NCBI GenBank assembly: GCA_016218405.1
Contig: JACREE010000014.1
Location: 4,988-68,987, forward strand
DNA: 64,000 nucleotides
Direction of reading: 5' to 3'
Source: Gammaproteobacteria bacterium
Lineage (GTDB): Bacteria > Pseudomonadota > Gammaproteobacteria > HIGHO2-12-38-15
This document shows, piece after piece, positions 1 to 9,500 of the stretch; the first letter of the stretch is position 1, and each line of letters opens with the position of its first letter. Below the pieces are notes generated by a model. That model did no database searches. It was given only the letters and a program-made list of their open reading frames with translations, and was not told the origin of the DNA. Position numbers and translations under genes: made by a program.

Positions 1-25
1 CGTCCTAAAGTACGAGAGAATTTTT

Positions 26-865
26 ATGGCTGAAAAATTAGTCATTGTCGTGGGTGACAAAACAACCCATGGCGGGACAGTGATAAGCGGCAATGAAAGT
101 TTAGAAATTTCCGATAAAGCTGCTGCTTGTCTTGGCGATAAGGTTTCTTGTCCACTTCACGGCGAAACCACCATCATCGAAGGATTTCACAGCATGTCGC
201 TCAATCCTAACAAGACACTTGCTTATGATGGCTGCAAAACCAGTTGTGGCGCAGAACTCATTGCAGGATGCCAAACTATACTCTTCGTTGAAACTGATTC
301 TTCCCATTGTTTGGTATCGGCACCTGCTTCTGACCTCAACCAAAACGAAGATGAATTTAAATTATTTGTTGCTACCGTTTGGGGAGAAGTGGCAAATCAA
401 AGTGAAGCTGCTTGGCAAGCAGTTGGATCTGTAATCATAAATCGGGTTGGACATCCCTATTGGGGACGAAGGGCTACATCAGTCACCAAAGTTATTTTAA
501 ATACTGGATTTGACGCAGCCGCCAACAATCAGAACCATGAATTTAAAAAAGCACACACTTATTTATTCCATGAGAATTCAAGCAACATACTCAATGAGTT
601 CGAGAAAAAAACGCTCGCCAGAATGCAAAGCCTTCTGATACCAATTTACTACAACAAACAAGTCACAACGAATGCCCACCACTACTACAGCCCAAAAGAA
701 CAGCAAAGACAACATCAGCATGAATTAACCTTGGGCGTACCTGAAGAAAAATGCAGATACAAAAAAATCCCAACATTCACGACCGAAAAAACAGTAAATG
801 AAGTTCACGTCAAACTCTCCCCTCACGACGATTTGAAATTTTATCACCGCACCCAACTAAAATGA
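26..865 (+). CDS. PAAR-like N-terminal domain fused to SleB/CwlJ-type cell wall hydrolase (Hydrolase_2-like) domain; candidate secreted antibacterial toxin
   Basis: N-terminus has three PAAR-like motifs: VGDKTTHGGTVISG, AAACLGDKVSCPLHG and AYDGCKTSCGAELIAG. The mid region FVATVWGEVANQSEAAWQAVGSVIINRV...TKVILNTGFD matches the SleB/CwlJ cell-wall hydrolase signature. ATG at 26 is preceded by GAGAGA. Its stop overlaps the next ORF's start (ATGA). Confidence 0.5.
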   Translation: MAEKLVIVVGDKTTHGGTVISGNESLEISDKAAACLGDKVSCPLHGETTIIEGFHSMSLNPNKTLAYDGCKTSCGAELIAGCQTILFVETDSSHCLVSAPASDLNQNEDEFKLFVATVWGEVANQSEAAWQAVGSVIINRVGHPYWGRRATSVTKVILNTGFDAAANNQNHEFKKAHTYLFHENSSNILNEFEKKTLARMQSLLIPIYYNKQVTTNAHHYYSPKEQQRQHQHELTLGVPEEKCRYKKIPTFTTEKTVNEVHVKLSPHDDLKFYHRTQLK

Positions 866-1446
866 AAAAAATAATCCTGGCTTTATTTAACGTCATTTTT
901 ATTTTAAATTGCGCCTCAGCCAATGAAGGCATAACGCAAGAAACTTCTTTACAAGAGACACATGCCGGAAACTCCCTCATCATTGAATGCAAAATCACCA
1001 AAAAACCTTGCACAATAAAAATAAAAAACATCAATAATCAGTCAACAACTTTTAGCGATTTCATAGACATTAACAAAATTGGCATAACATGGCATGGTGA
1101 TAACCTGGTAGAATTAAGAAGAAGTCTCGGCACTAATGCCTCATTTTCCAAATTTTATGACTTTAAAAGAATGAGGGGTGCAAAAAAAGAATACCCGGGT
1201 GTTATCGCAATTGACGCCGCTCACAACTTAGTTGCCTATTGCGATAGCTATCTAGTCCTAGTTGATAATTTGTTTGATGATAAATTTAAATTGATAACAA
1301 TCTCCAGACCCTATGCAGGCAGCACCGAGAGCTCAGTTTATCGAAACGATTCACGCTTCACAAAAACAGGGGATCTGCAACTCTCCTACATGGCAATTAT
1401 TAATAAAAGATATGAAGAAAGAGATGAGCTAGTAAATTTGCCATAA
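862..1446 (+). CDS. secreted protein (N-terminal signal peptide), candidate immunity partner of upstream toxin
   Basis: The start overlaps the upstream stop (ATGA at 862-865). The N-terminus MKKIILALFNVIFILNCASA is signal-peptide-like. No recognisable catalytic motif. Confidence 0.4.
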   Translation: MKKIILALFNVIFILNCASANEGITQETSLQETHAGNSLIIECKITKKPCTIKIKNINNQSTTFSDFIDINKIGITWHGDNLVELRRSLGTNASFSKFYDFKRMRGAKKEYPGVIAIDAAHNLVAYCDSYLVLVDNLFDDKFKLITISRPYAGSTESSVYRNDSRFTKTGDLQLSYMAIINKRYEERDELVNLP

Positions 1447-1457
1447 GCGTCCTCTCT

Positions 1458-2366
1458 CTATGATCTTAAGGAGTACTGTGCCACCATCATCGCCCCCAAC
1501 CAACCCAGGCCCACACAAACCGTCAAAAAGAAAAATGAATCTATAAAACCAGGCTGAAGAGAAGTAAGGAGTGAATTCGTCGCGCTATTTAATTGTCGCA
1601 ATGGGGTATCTAAATAAGAAAAAAATCCAAACACCACACTCCAAGCCAATCCTCCGCCCAATAAACCTAATAGAGAGCCAATGTATAAGTAGGGACGACG
1701 CGTGTATGCCAAACTGGCTCCCACTAATTTCATGACACGAACTTCTTCCATTCTATGCATCAAAATCAATCGAAGCGTGTTACCGATGATCAACACGACC
1801 GCCAACCCAAATAAACAAGCCAAGGTGTAAATAAAACGTTTAGCCGTGGCCAGTACGGTATACAACTGTTGAATAGAATTAACGTTAATTTGGTTTTGAT
1901 CAACCAAAGGCAACCGGTGCAATTGCTGTATCAACGAATTCAATGCTTGTGGTGATAAATCAGCACGTGGCTCAATTTCTAACACGGGTGGCAGTGGATT
2001 TTGCTCCAACTGCAACACGACTTCTTTAAACCCCTCTCTGCGCGCCAATTGTGCTAAACCCATTTCGGGTGAAATATAATTCACTGACGCCACAGCAGAA
2101 TGATGTTGTAACTTTTCTTTTAAATCATGAATGGCAGCCGGGGGCGCACTCGCTTGCAAGTACAACACAATTTGCGCCTGATGCGTCCATTGATTAAATA
2201 GCGTGTTCGCATAACGCGATGCGAGCAACAAGCCCCAAGGTAAAGCTAAGGCTACGGCTATCACCAGTAAAGTGATCACACTTCCCACCCATCCTGCTTT
2301 TAAATAACGATAGGCTTCTCGATAAGCATGTTGATGCGCGCGAAAATAAACGGAGACATTACGCAT
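1458..2366 (-). CDS. ftsX: cell division ABC transporter permease FtsX
   Basis: 302 aa with FtsX-like topology and sequence. Its start overlaps the ftsE stop (2359-2366). Confidence 0.85.
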   Translation of the reverse strand: MRNVSVYFRAHQHAYREAYRYLKAGWVGSVITLLVIAVALALPWGLLLASRYANTLFNQWTHQAQIVLYLQASAPPAAIHDLKEKLQHHSAVASVNYISPEMGLAQLARREGFKEVVLQLEQNPLPPVLEIEPRADLSPQALNSLIQQLHRLPLVDQNQINVNSIQQLYTVLATAKRFIYTLACLFGLAVVLIIGNTLRLILMHRMEEVRVMKLVGASLAYTRRPYLYIGSLLGLLGGGLAWSVVFGFFSYLDTPLRQLNSATNSLLTSLQPGFIDSFFFLTVCVGLGWLGAMMVAQYSLRS

Positions 2367-3039
2367 AAGCAGTTTCCTTTTCCTTTTTTAAACGTCCACG
2401 TTGCAATGAGACGACACGATGCGGCATTTTTGCAATCAAAGCCAAGTCATGACTTGCTACCAATAAGGTGACTCCCACCTGATGAAATTGCTGAAACAAA
2501 GTCATGATGTCGCGCGCCAACTCCGGATCCAGGTTGCCCGTGGGTTCATCCGCTAACAAGGCAACGGGTTTATTCACAATGGCCCGCGCAATGCTCACAC
2601 GTTGCTGCTCTCCTACAGACAAAGCCGCAGGCAGTGATTTTTCTTTTTTCAACAGACCCACTTTGTCTAAAGCTGCACGCACTCGCTTAGGAATTTCTCT
2701 CGGATCAAAATTGGTGATATGCAGTGGTAGGGCCACATTATCAAATACGGTTCTATCCATCAGTAGGTGAGGGTTTTGAAAAATAATGCCCATTTGTTGA
2801 CGCAACTGCAAAGCATCACGCGGACTGATTTGATTTAAGTTAAGTTGATTAAAGAAAATCTGTCCTTGCGTAGGACGATCTAACATTGCAATTAACTTGA
2901 TAATCGTGGTTTTACCCGCACCTGAATGCCCCGTCAAAAAAACCAATTCACCTTTTTTGACTTCAAAACTGAGTTGCGCAAGCGCTTCATAACCTGAATC
3001 ATAGCGTTTGCTCACCTGCACAAATTGGATCATGTTCAT
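2359..3039 (-). CDS. ftsE: cell division ATP-binding protein FtsE
   Basis: Walker A GHSGAGKTT, ABC signature LSVGEQQRVSIARA and Walker B LLADEPTGNLD. 226 aa, immediately upstream of ftsX. Confidence 0.9.
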   Translation of the reverse strand: MNMIQFVQVSKRYDSGYEALAQLSFEVKKGELVFLTGHSGAGKTTIIKLIAMLDRPTQGQIFFNQLNLNQISPRDALQLRQQMGIIFQNPHLLMDRTVFDNVALPLHITNFDPREIPKRVRAALDKVGLLKKEKSLPAALSVGEQQRVSIARAIVNKPVALLADEPTGNLDPELARDIMTLFQQFHQVGVTLLVASHDLALIAKMPHRVVSLQRGRLKKEKETAYA

Positions 3040-3066
3040 CTAACCCTCCTAATTAGGGCATTCTTT

Positions 3067-3106
3067 AGGGTCTGTTTACATTTCTAGCGAATTGTAAACA
3101 GACCCT
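3067..3106. promoter_or_regulatory. 14-bp perfect inverted repeat (AGGGTCTGTTTACA / TGTAAACAGACCCT, 12-nt spacer) in divergent ftsE promoter region
   Basis: The palindrome was read directly. It lies between the ftsE start (3039, minus) and the + strand ORF at 3205. Confidence 0.4.
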
Positions 3107-3204
3107 AGACTTTTTCAAACACCCTGTATTTTGTTATACTTCACGCGCGCGTGAAGTATAGAATCAAGCTAACGTCCTCTCCCACAGATGTCAAACAAAA
3201 ACAA

Positions 3205-3507
3205 ATGAACGTTCCCTTCAAATCTTGCTTATTTTTGTCCATTTTTTCACTTTTTATCAGCACACCTTGTGACGCATTACGCTGTGGAAACAATTTAGTC
3301 GACTTAGGCGATACGATGCGCACTGTTAAAACAAACTGCGGCAAACCAACACATATACGCAAAATCGTTCATGAAAATAAAAGAGGGAAATCAGAAAAGA
3401 TAGAATGGTGGTATGATTTTGGTCCTCGTGATTTTATCTATTCGCTCACCTTCAAGCAGGGAAAAGTGGTAAGAATACATACACAAGGATATGGTCATCT
3501 CAGATGA
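3205..3507 (+). CDS. small secreted hypothetical protein
   Basis: Internal ATG at 3205 gives MNVPFKSCLFLSIFSLFISTPCDA, a signal-peptide-like N-terminus. The track's upstream extension lacks one. Confidence 0.35.
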   Translation: MNVPFKSCLFLSIFSLFISTPCDALRCGNNLVDLGDTMRTVKTNCGKPTHIRKIVHENKRGKSEKIEWWYDFGPRDFIYSLTFKQGKVVRIHTQGYGHLR

Positions 3508-3546
3508 AAAAATGGGATTTCCATCTGAAATGACCCTTACAAACCA

Positions 3547-4011
3547 TTATGACAAGTTATAGGAAAACAAATCGTTAGACGCACCACCGCCAGTATTTTC
3601 AAGCGCCAAAACAATAGGGCCCGTGCAATGTGAGTCTAGGAAAGTAGGAGACCATTGATTATTTATCGTTTGCATCTCAAACACACAGGTTCCCAAAACT
3701 TCTGCCGGGCTTGAGGAGGTGGGATCAACATACGTGTAGGTGGCCAGTGTATGTATTTCAGTATTATCAAGCAGACCAAGCCAATCCTCTTTCTCGCCAT
3801 AAGTCATATTAAAAATTTTCACATCTTGCGTATTTGCAGTGATGGTGGCGGGTGGAGACATACTCCCCTCCCCTGATACAAACTGATAGGAAAGCATCGT
3901 CATCACATAGTTCGATTGGTTATTAACAGCCCCGACAACATGAGATTTAGAAAATGGGTTATAAGCAAAAGCCGCTTGGCACCCCATCGCCAATACAACA
4001 ACAAATAACAT
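3547..4011 (-). CDS. hypothetical secreted protein
   Basis: Internal start gives MLFVVVLAMGCQAAFA, a signal-peptide-like N-terminus. No known motif. Confidence 0.35.
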   Translation of the reverse strand: MLFVVVLAMGCQAAFAYNPFSKSHVVGAVNNQSNYVMTMLSYQFVSGEGSMSPPATITANTQDVKIFNMTYGEKEDWLGLLDNTEIHTLATYTYVDPTSSSPAEVLGTCVFEMQTINNQWSPTFLDSHCTGPIVLALENTGGGASNDLFSYNLS

Positions 4012-4096
4012 GGAAAAATATTTATTCACTTTTTCAGCTCCACATAAGTTAATTAGGACAACTATTGTACCGACATCCAAATCATTTCACCAGGCT

Positions 4097-4666
4097 CTAA
4101 CGATGTTCTGGCGCCACCATAAAAATCCCTGGCGCATTTCGTAGGTACTCTTTGTAATCCATCCCATACCCAAACACAAAACCATCGCTGACGGTTAATC
4201 CTGTAAAGTCTGCTTCTGGCAATCCTTCGGGTAAGCGCACGTCTTTTTTATCTAACAACACGGCTGTCAACACTTGTTTAGCTTGTGCTTGAATACAAAA
4301 ATTCACAATTTCTTTTAGGGTGACACCGCCATCTAAAATATCATCCACAATCAACACCACACGATCTTTTAGATCACAACGCGGCTTCACTAACCAATGA
4401 AGCTCGCCTCCTCGCGTAGCACCACGATAGCGTGTCGCATGAATATAATCGACTTCCAGTGGAAAATTTAAACGAGGAAGTAAGTTACCCGCTGGAATTA
4501 ATCCGCCCACCATCACACAAAGAAAAACAGGGTTTTGGTCTGCCAAAGCCCTATTCATTTTTTCTGCCATACGATCTAAGGCATTTTCAATATCTTGCCG
4601 GGTATAAATACATTCTGCTTTATCTTGGACAACACGAACATGGGCTGGGATATTCATAAAATTCAC
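4097..4666 (-). CDS. hpt: hypoxanthine phosphoribosyltransferase
   Basis: PRTase motif VVLIVDDILDGGVTL. C-terminus VFGYGMDYKEYLRN resembles E. coli Hpt VVGYGIDYAQRYRH. 189 aa. Confidence 0.8.
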   Translation of the reverse strand: MNFMNIPAHVRVVQDKAECIYTRQDIENALDRMAEKMNRALADQNPVFLCVMVGGLIPAGNLLPRLNFPLEVDYIHATRYRGATRGGELHWLVKPRCDLKDRVVLIVDDILDGGVTLKEIVNFCIQAQAKQVLTAVLLDKKDVRLPEGLPEADFTGLTVSDGFVFGYGMDYKEYLRNAPGIFMVAPEHR

Positions 4667-5565
4667 ACACTACCCATTTGTCTTTCTTTGATTTCATCCA
4701 GCGTTTTACAGTCAATACAGAGTGTCGCTGTAGGACGTGCTTCTAAACGTCGAATACCAATCTCAACACCACAACTTTCACAATAGCCGTATTCATCTTG
4801 ATCGATCTTGGAGAGCGCTTCTTCGATTTTCTTAATCAATTTACGTTCTCTGTCTCGCGTTCTCAACTCCAAACCAAATTCAGCTTCTTGCGTGGCACGA
4901 TCATTAGGATCAGGAAAGTTAGCTGCCTCATCTTGCATATGGTGAACTGTTCGATCCACCTCTTGCATTAAGTCTTGCTTCCACTGATTAAGCATATGAC
5001 GAAAGTGCTCACGTTGAGCCTCATTCATATACTCCTCACCCGGTTTTTCGGAATAAGGTCGTACACCTACCATACCCAAATCAGATGTCTGCCCAATCTG
5101 TTTTTGAGGCTTCGCTTTTTTAGCAACTTTAACTTTACTTTTTACTTCGATCTCGCTCATAGGTTCCTTCTGGGTCTGCGCTTTAACAAAATCCGTCATC
5201 ACAGTCACATTACTTTTACTGACTGTTTCTTTCACTTTTTCAACTAATTTAATCGGTTTTTTAGCAATACTTTTTTTCACTATCGCTTGAGCGGGTATCA
5301 CGCGCTTAGCCACACTTTTTTTAGGAAATGATTTTTTAGCAACAGGTCGAGAGGATATTTTTTTTGCACTCTTTTTTGCTTTAATGAGTTTTACTACTTT
5401 CTTTGGCACCACCTTCTTTACGGCTGTTTTTTTAGACTTAGATTTGGACAATGTAGACTTAGCTGGTTTTGTTTTGCGGCTCAGCGCTGTTTTTCGAGCA
5501 GGTACCTTCGCCGCTTTCTTTACGCCTTTGGCCTTCACTGGCGCCTTCCTACTTTTTGCTGGCAT
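4663..5565 (-). CDS. dksA: RNA polymerase-binding transcription factor DksA with long lysine/alanine-rich (histone H1-like) N-terminal extension
   Basis: The C-terminal 135 aa are near-identical in pattern to E. coli DksA (KPGEEYMNEAQ..., DEAANFPDPNDRATQEAEF, C4 zinc finger CESCGVEIGIRRLEARPTATLCIDCK). About 160 stop-free lysine-rich codons (AKK/KKV repeats) lie in frame upstream. The true start is uncertain: 5565, or an internal ATG near 5097-5070 for a canonical-length DksA. Confidence 0.75.
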   Translation of the reverse strand: MPAKSRKAPVKAKGVKKAAKVPARKTALSRKTKPAKSTLSKSKSKKTAVKKVVPKKVVKLIKAKKSAKKISSRPVAKKSFPKKSVAKRVIPAQAIVKKSIAKKPIKLVEKVKETVSKSNVTVMTDFVKAQTQKEPMSEIEVKSKVKVAKKAKPQKQIGQTSDLGMVGVRPYSEKPGEEYMNEAQREHFRHMLNQWKQDLMQEVDRTVHHMQDEAANFPDPNDRATQEAEFGLELRTRDRERKLIKKIEEALSKIDQDEYGYCESCGVEIGIRRLEARPTATLCIDCKTLDEIKERQMGSV

Positions 5566-5632
5566 AACGTCTCTCCCTAGTCTGAAACTGAATTTCGGAT
5601 CTTGTAGAGTAGAAGGGGAATTGTCAAGAAAG

Positions 5633-6460
5633 TTAAAATACGCCTATCGTAATTCGCTCATGACCGGCCAAGTCTTTCACAGAACGCACCTCCCTATAAC
5701 CGTTCAACACAAGTAAATCACGCACGGCTGCACCTTGTGAAAAACCATGTTCTAATAACAAACTTCCTCCTGGATATAGATGTTCAACAGCGCACTCCAC
5801 TAACTCCGTTAAGGCTTCTAATCCTGTCTTACCCGACACCAAGGCTTGTCGTGGTTCATCACTTAAAGCAGGTAAATGCGGATCATCTTCCGCCAAATAA
5901 GGTGGATTACTCAAAATAAGATGAAAACGTTGATGAGCTAACGCGGCAAACCAATCGCTTTGCACAAAGCGCACATTTTTGATTCCATTTAAGCCTGCAT
6001 TCGTCTGGGCCACTTCTAACGCTTTTTCAGCATTGTCCACTGCCACGACAGACCAAGCCGGACATTCTCGTGCCAAAGCAAGCGCAATTGCACCCGAACC
6101 TGTACCTAAGTCAGCCACCTGCCTTGCCTCATCATGGGGTAATAACATCAGCGCCGCTTCCACAAGCAATTCTGTTTCAGGTCTGGGGATGAGCACCTGC
6201 GTATTTACTTGCAACTCAAGAGACCAAAACGATTTCCGTCCAACAAGATACGCCAGGGGAACACCTTGCTTACGTTTAGCCAACATTTGTTCGAATAATT
6301 CACGCTGTTGGGAAGTAATCACTTCCTCATCTTTCAATAACAGCGCCAAGCAATCTCGTTGCAACACAAAACCTAATAAAAGACGGGCTTCCAACGCTGC
6401 CACATCAGAATGCGCCTGGAGTTGTTTTGTTGCCTGCTGGAGAAGCTGTTTAACTTTCAT
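5633..6460 (-). CDS. prmC: release factor glutamine methyltransferase PrmC (HemK)
   Basis: NPPY motif (LILSNPPYL), SAM-binding DLGTGSGAIALAL, and similarity to E. coli PrmC along the length. The start was chosen at MKVKQLLQQ by homology; the track ORF extends to 6535. Confidence 0.85.
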   Translation of the reverse strand: MKVKQLLQQATKQLQAHSDVAALEARLLLGFVLQRDCLALLLKDEEVITSQQRELFEQMLAKRKQGVPLAYLVGRKSFWSLELQVNTQVLIPRPETELLVEAALMLLPHDEARQVADLGTGSGAIALALARECPAWSVVAVDNAEKALEVAQTNAGLNGIKNVRFVQSDWFAALAHQRFHLILSNPPYLAEDDPHLPALSDEPRQALVSGKTGLEALTELVECAVEHLYPGGSLLLEHGFSQGAAVRDLLVLNGYREVRSVKDLAGHERITIGVF

Positions 6461-6548
6461 CAAAAAGACCAATGTTTGTTCAAAATAAGTGTCGAAGAAT
6501 AATTTTTGTCGTATTATACGCCTCATGTTTCTCAAGAGGTATTAAATC

Positions 6549-9500
6549 ATGACCAAACCCATCGTCATTCAAGGCGTTTCAAAACAAAAAGCTCATTTTG
6601 TAGGCTGGGTCAGCAAAACGCATTTCCACATCTTGGACATCAGACAAAATCCCACCTTTGCTTGCGTCAAACAGCTGTTGCAACCAGAAACCCTCTCACA
6701 ATCTACACTCGCGGAGCGCAAAGCCGTATTTTCTATTCTCAAGGAAATAGATCATCTGGGCCTTACCTTTCTCCAATTCGCCATACTTGCTTTAGAGGAC
6801 GATGACAGTGTCAAAGAGGTTTTAACACGGCTCGTCGCTCATGAAAATGAGGATGTCAATGCGCTTTCAACACTCACTCACGACTCTGCTTTACACATCG
6901 CGACTCTCCTCAACTTCCCAAAAACAATGGACGCACTTTTAGAATTAGGCGCTGTACCCGACATTATTAATGACGCAGGTTATCCCCCTCTGGCCTTAGC
7001 AGTTTATCTCGACTTTAGTGGCCATCTTGCCCATCCTTTATTGACACATCACAATATTGATCCGCTCATTCCATTTAATGGTGCTGATCCTTTTAGAGAA
7101 ATCCTCACCCTATCCGACCCCGTCATTGTTTCGGCTTTTTTAAACCACCCTATCGTTGGAGAAGAATTAACTGATCTTGTCGATGAAGCAGGCGGCGCCA
7201 GCGTGGTGCTCGGACAACTCTTTGAGCTTTTCCTCCTCACAAAAACCCGAGGTGACTCAGTAAGAGCACAAAATTTTCTGTCTATCTTAACTTCTTTGGT
7301 AGAAAAAGGACTGGATCCCTATGAACAATCGAATGCTGATTCGCCCAGCTTAATCATGCTCTCGATTTTTCATAAAGAGCCGCGTGTGTTTGACGCCGTT
7401 TTTATCGCAGAACGAGATATTTCTGTCTCTCGCACAAACTATCACTGCGTGGATCTTGTTCTTCAATGCGCCGATTTACCCTTCTTTAAACATATCGCAC
7501 GTACCCAAAAACCCTATCTTAATTATCTCATGCAAACTGACCCGCATTTTGCGGTCAAAGTGGCTCATTCGATGCTTGTTTATAATCATTTTAAGGCTCT
7601 CGACTGGCTATTTTTAGATTATCCAAATTTGGCACACATCGATATCAGCCCTTTGTCAAACGGAGGCACGCTCCTATTCAGCGCCGTACTTCGAGGTTTA
7701 TCTCAAAGTGTCTTGGCCCTTTGTCAACGCGGCGCCAACCCTAATATCGCCCTCACAGGTGATTATTATGGACCCGGCTCCAACAAAGTGGCTCTACCTA
7801 ACAATTTTCCAGCTCTTGTGTTTTCACCCAGCATTTATTCAACTTTTCGCGTTAAAAAAGGGGCGACTCCTTTACGCATTGCACTTTTGAATCGTGACTG
7901 GGACAATGTATTTACCCTTTTATTTTACGGCGCTAAATTTTCGTTACATGACAAAGAAGCCCTTCACCCCGTACTACTTGCACTTAGATATAAAAAAATA
8001 GAGTTGATTCGCCTCATTTTAAAAAAAGCATCACCACAACAAGAACGAAAAATATTGCTTTACTTTATCGCTAATAAAATCGCAGCTTATCGATTGGACA
8101 CAAAATTCCTTGTGTTAGAGGCCCTCAAAGCCAACCTACCTTCTTTACTTAAAAAATTAATTTCAACTCACCAAACACATCTTTACCGCGCCACAAAACG
8201 AACCAGAACAATACACTATACCGTCTTACCTCAACGTACCCACCTTTGGATTGAAAATTCAAAAGGGCGAAGTCTATTACACATCGCGCTGTTACTCACT
8301 CCACCCAAAAAAGAAAAAGAAAAAACTGCTTTCCTTAAAAACCAACACAAATGCATACAACTTTTAATAAACGAAATGAAAAAAAGAAACAGCGCTCGTT
8401 ATCAAAAATCAGTGGAAAACATTTTATTTTCGATCCACATTCATCCTCAACATACCGCCCAAATTCTCGAACTTTTAGCCCCCAAAGACCCCCTCGTCAT
8501 TTTAGCCATCCTCGATAAATTCGCCAGCCCAGGAAACACCATTGAGCGCTATTCTGTGATCAGGGAAATCATGCATGTCATTGAGCCCAGTGCATTATTA
8601 CGCCTAGCCAAACAACACGAAAAAACAAATCTAGCACAGTTTGTCACTCAGGAAATGCGTAACTCTATGCCTGTTGCTGATACTTCACCCACCACCACCT
8701 CAACTTCACCTTTAACCATTTTATCTACACCTAAAGCACAACCCAAACCTAAGCAACCTGCATCCACCTCACCCAAACAGGCTGTCGATTCAGCACCCAA
8801 AGATACCCTGTCCCTCTTTATTCAACACACAGCTGATAAGTTACTCACCTTAGCCTTACCAGCTAAAAGACCTTTTTCTCCTTTAGACAGGGCCTATTTT
8901 AATTTTTACTTTTTAAGATTGCTGAAACTCATCAGATCAACCCTTTTAACAGATAAAGATATCGTCTTTAGTAAACAAGTACCCTCTCATTATGTGAGGC
9001 ACCAACAAAAAAGAACGCTGGAGCTGTGTATTGCAAGTTTCATGTCACCCCAAACAGTGATCACAGAGGAAGAACAATCAAATATCATGAGATTTGTTAA
9101 AGAAGATTTACCTAATTTCGAACTTTTTATCCTTCATCTTAAAGAATTAAACTTTGAGGATCGTTGCTCAGAAGAAACAAAAGCCATACAAATGGCAGTG
9201 AACTTATCTACCTGCAGCGATGCCATTCTCGCCCGAACCATACTGCCTTATTTAGACGCCCTCAAAGAGGCATTGGAGATCAAAAAACTTTCTCAAACAG
9301 AATTATCTGTTTTTTTGTGCAATTATTTTATCCAGCTTGCTCCTTATCTTTCTCAGCTCAATATCAGAAGCGTCAGTTTGAAAGACACACTTCAAGCTTG
9401 GATAACACATTGCACTGCCCTCAATGAATCCCGCGCTTTTATTTTTCTGCCCGAAGAAGCCGGCTTTTTCGCACAACACAATCAAAAACGCTTCAACGGC

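Noticed and set aside
2504-2770. 88-aa + strand ORF inside ftsE
   Set aside because: Lies entirely antisense within a well-supported conserved gene. Low-complexity translation with no RBS, so likely an antisense-frame artefact.
5979-6488. 169-aa + strand ORF antisense to prmC
   Set aside because: Overlaps the conserved prmC across its whole length. Ser/Ala/Cys-rich composition is typical of the antisense frame of a GC-balanced gene.
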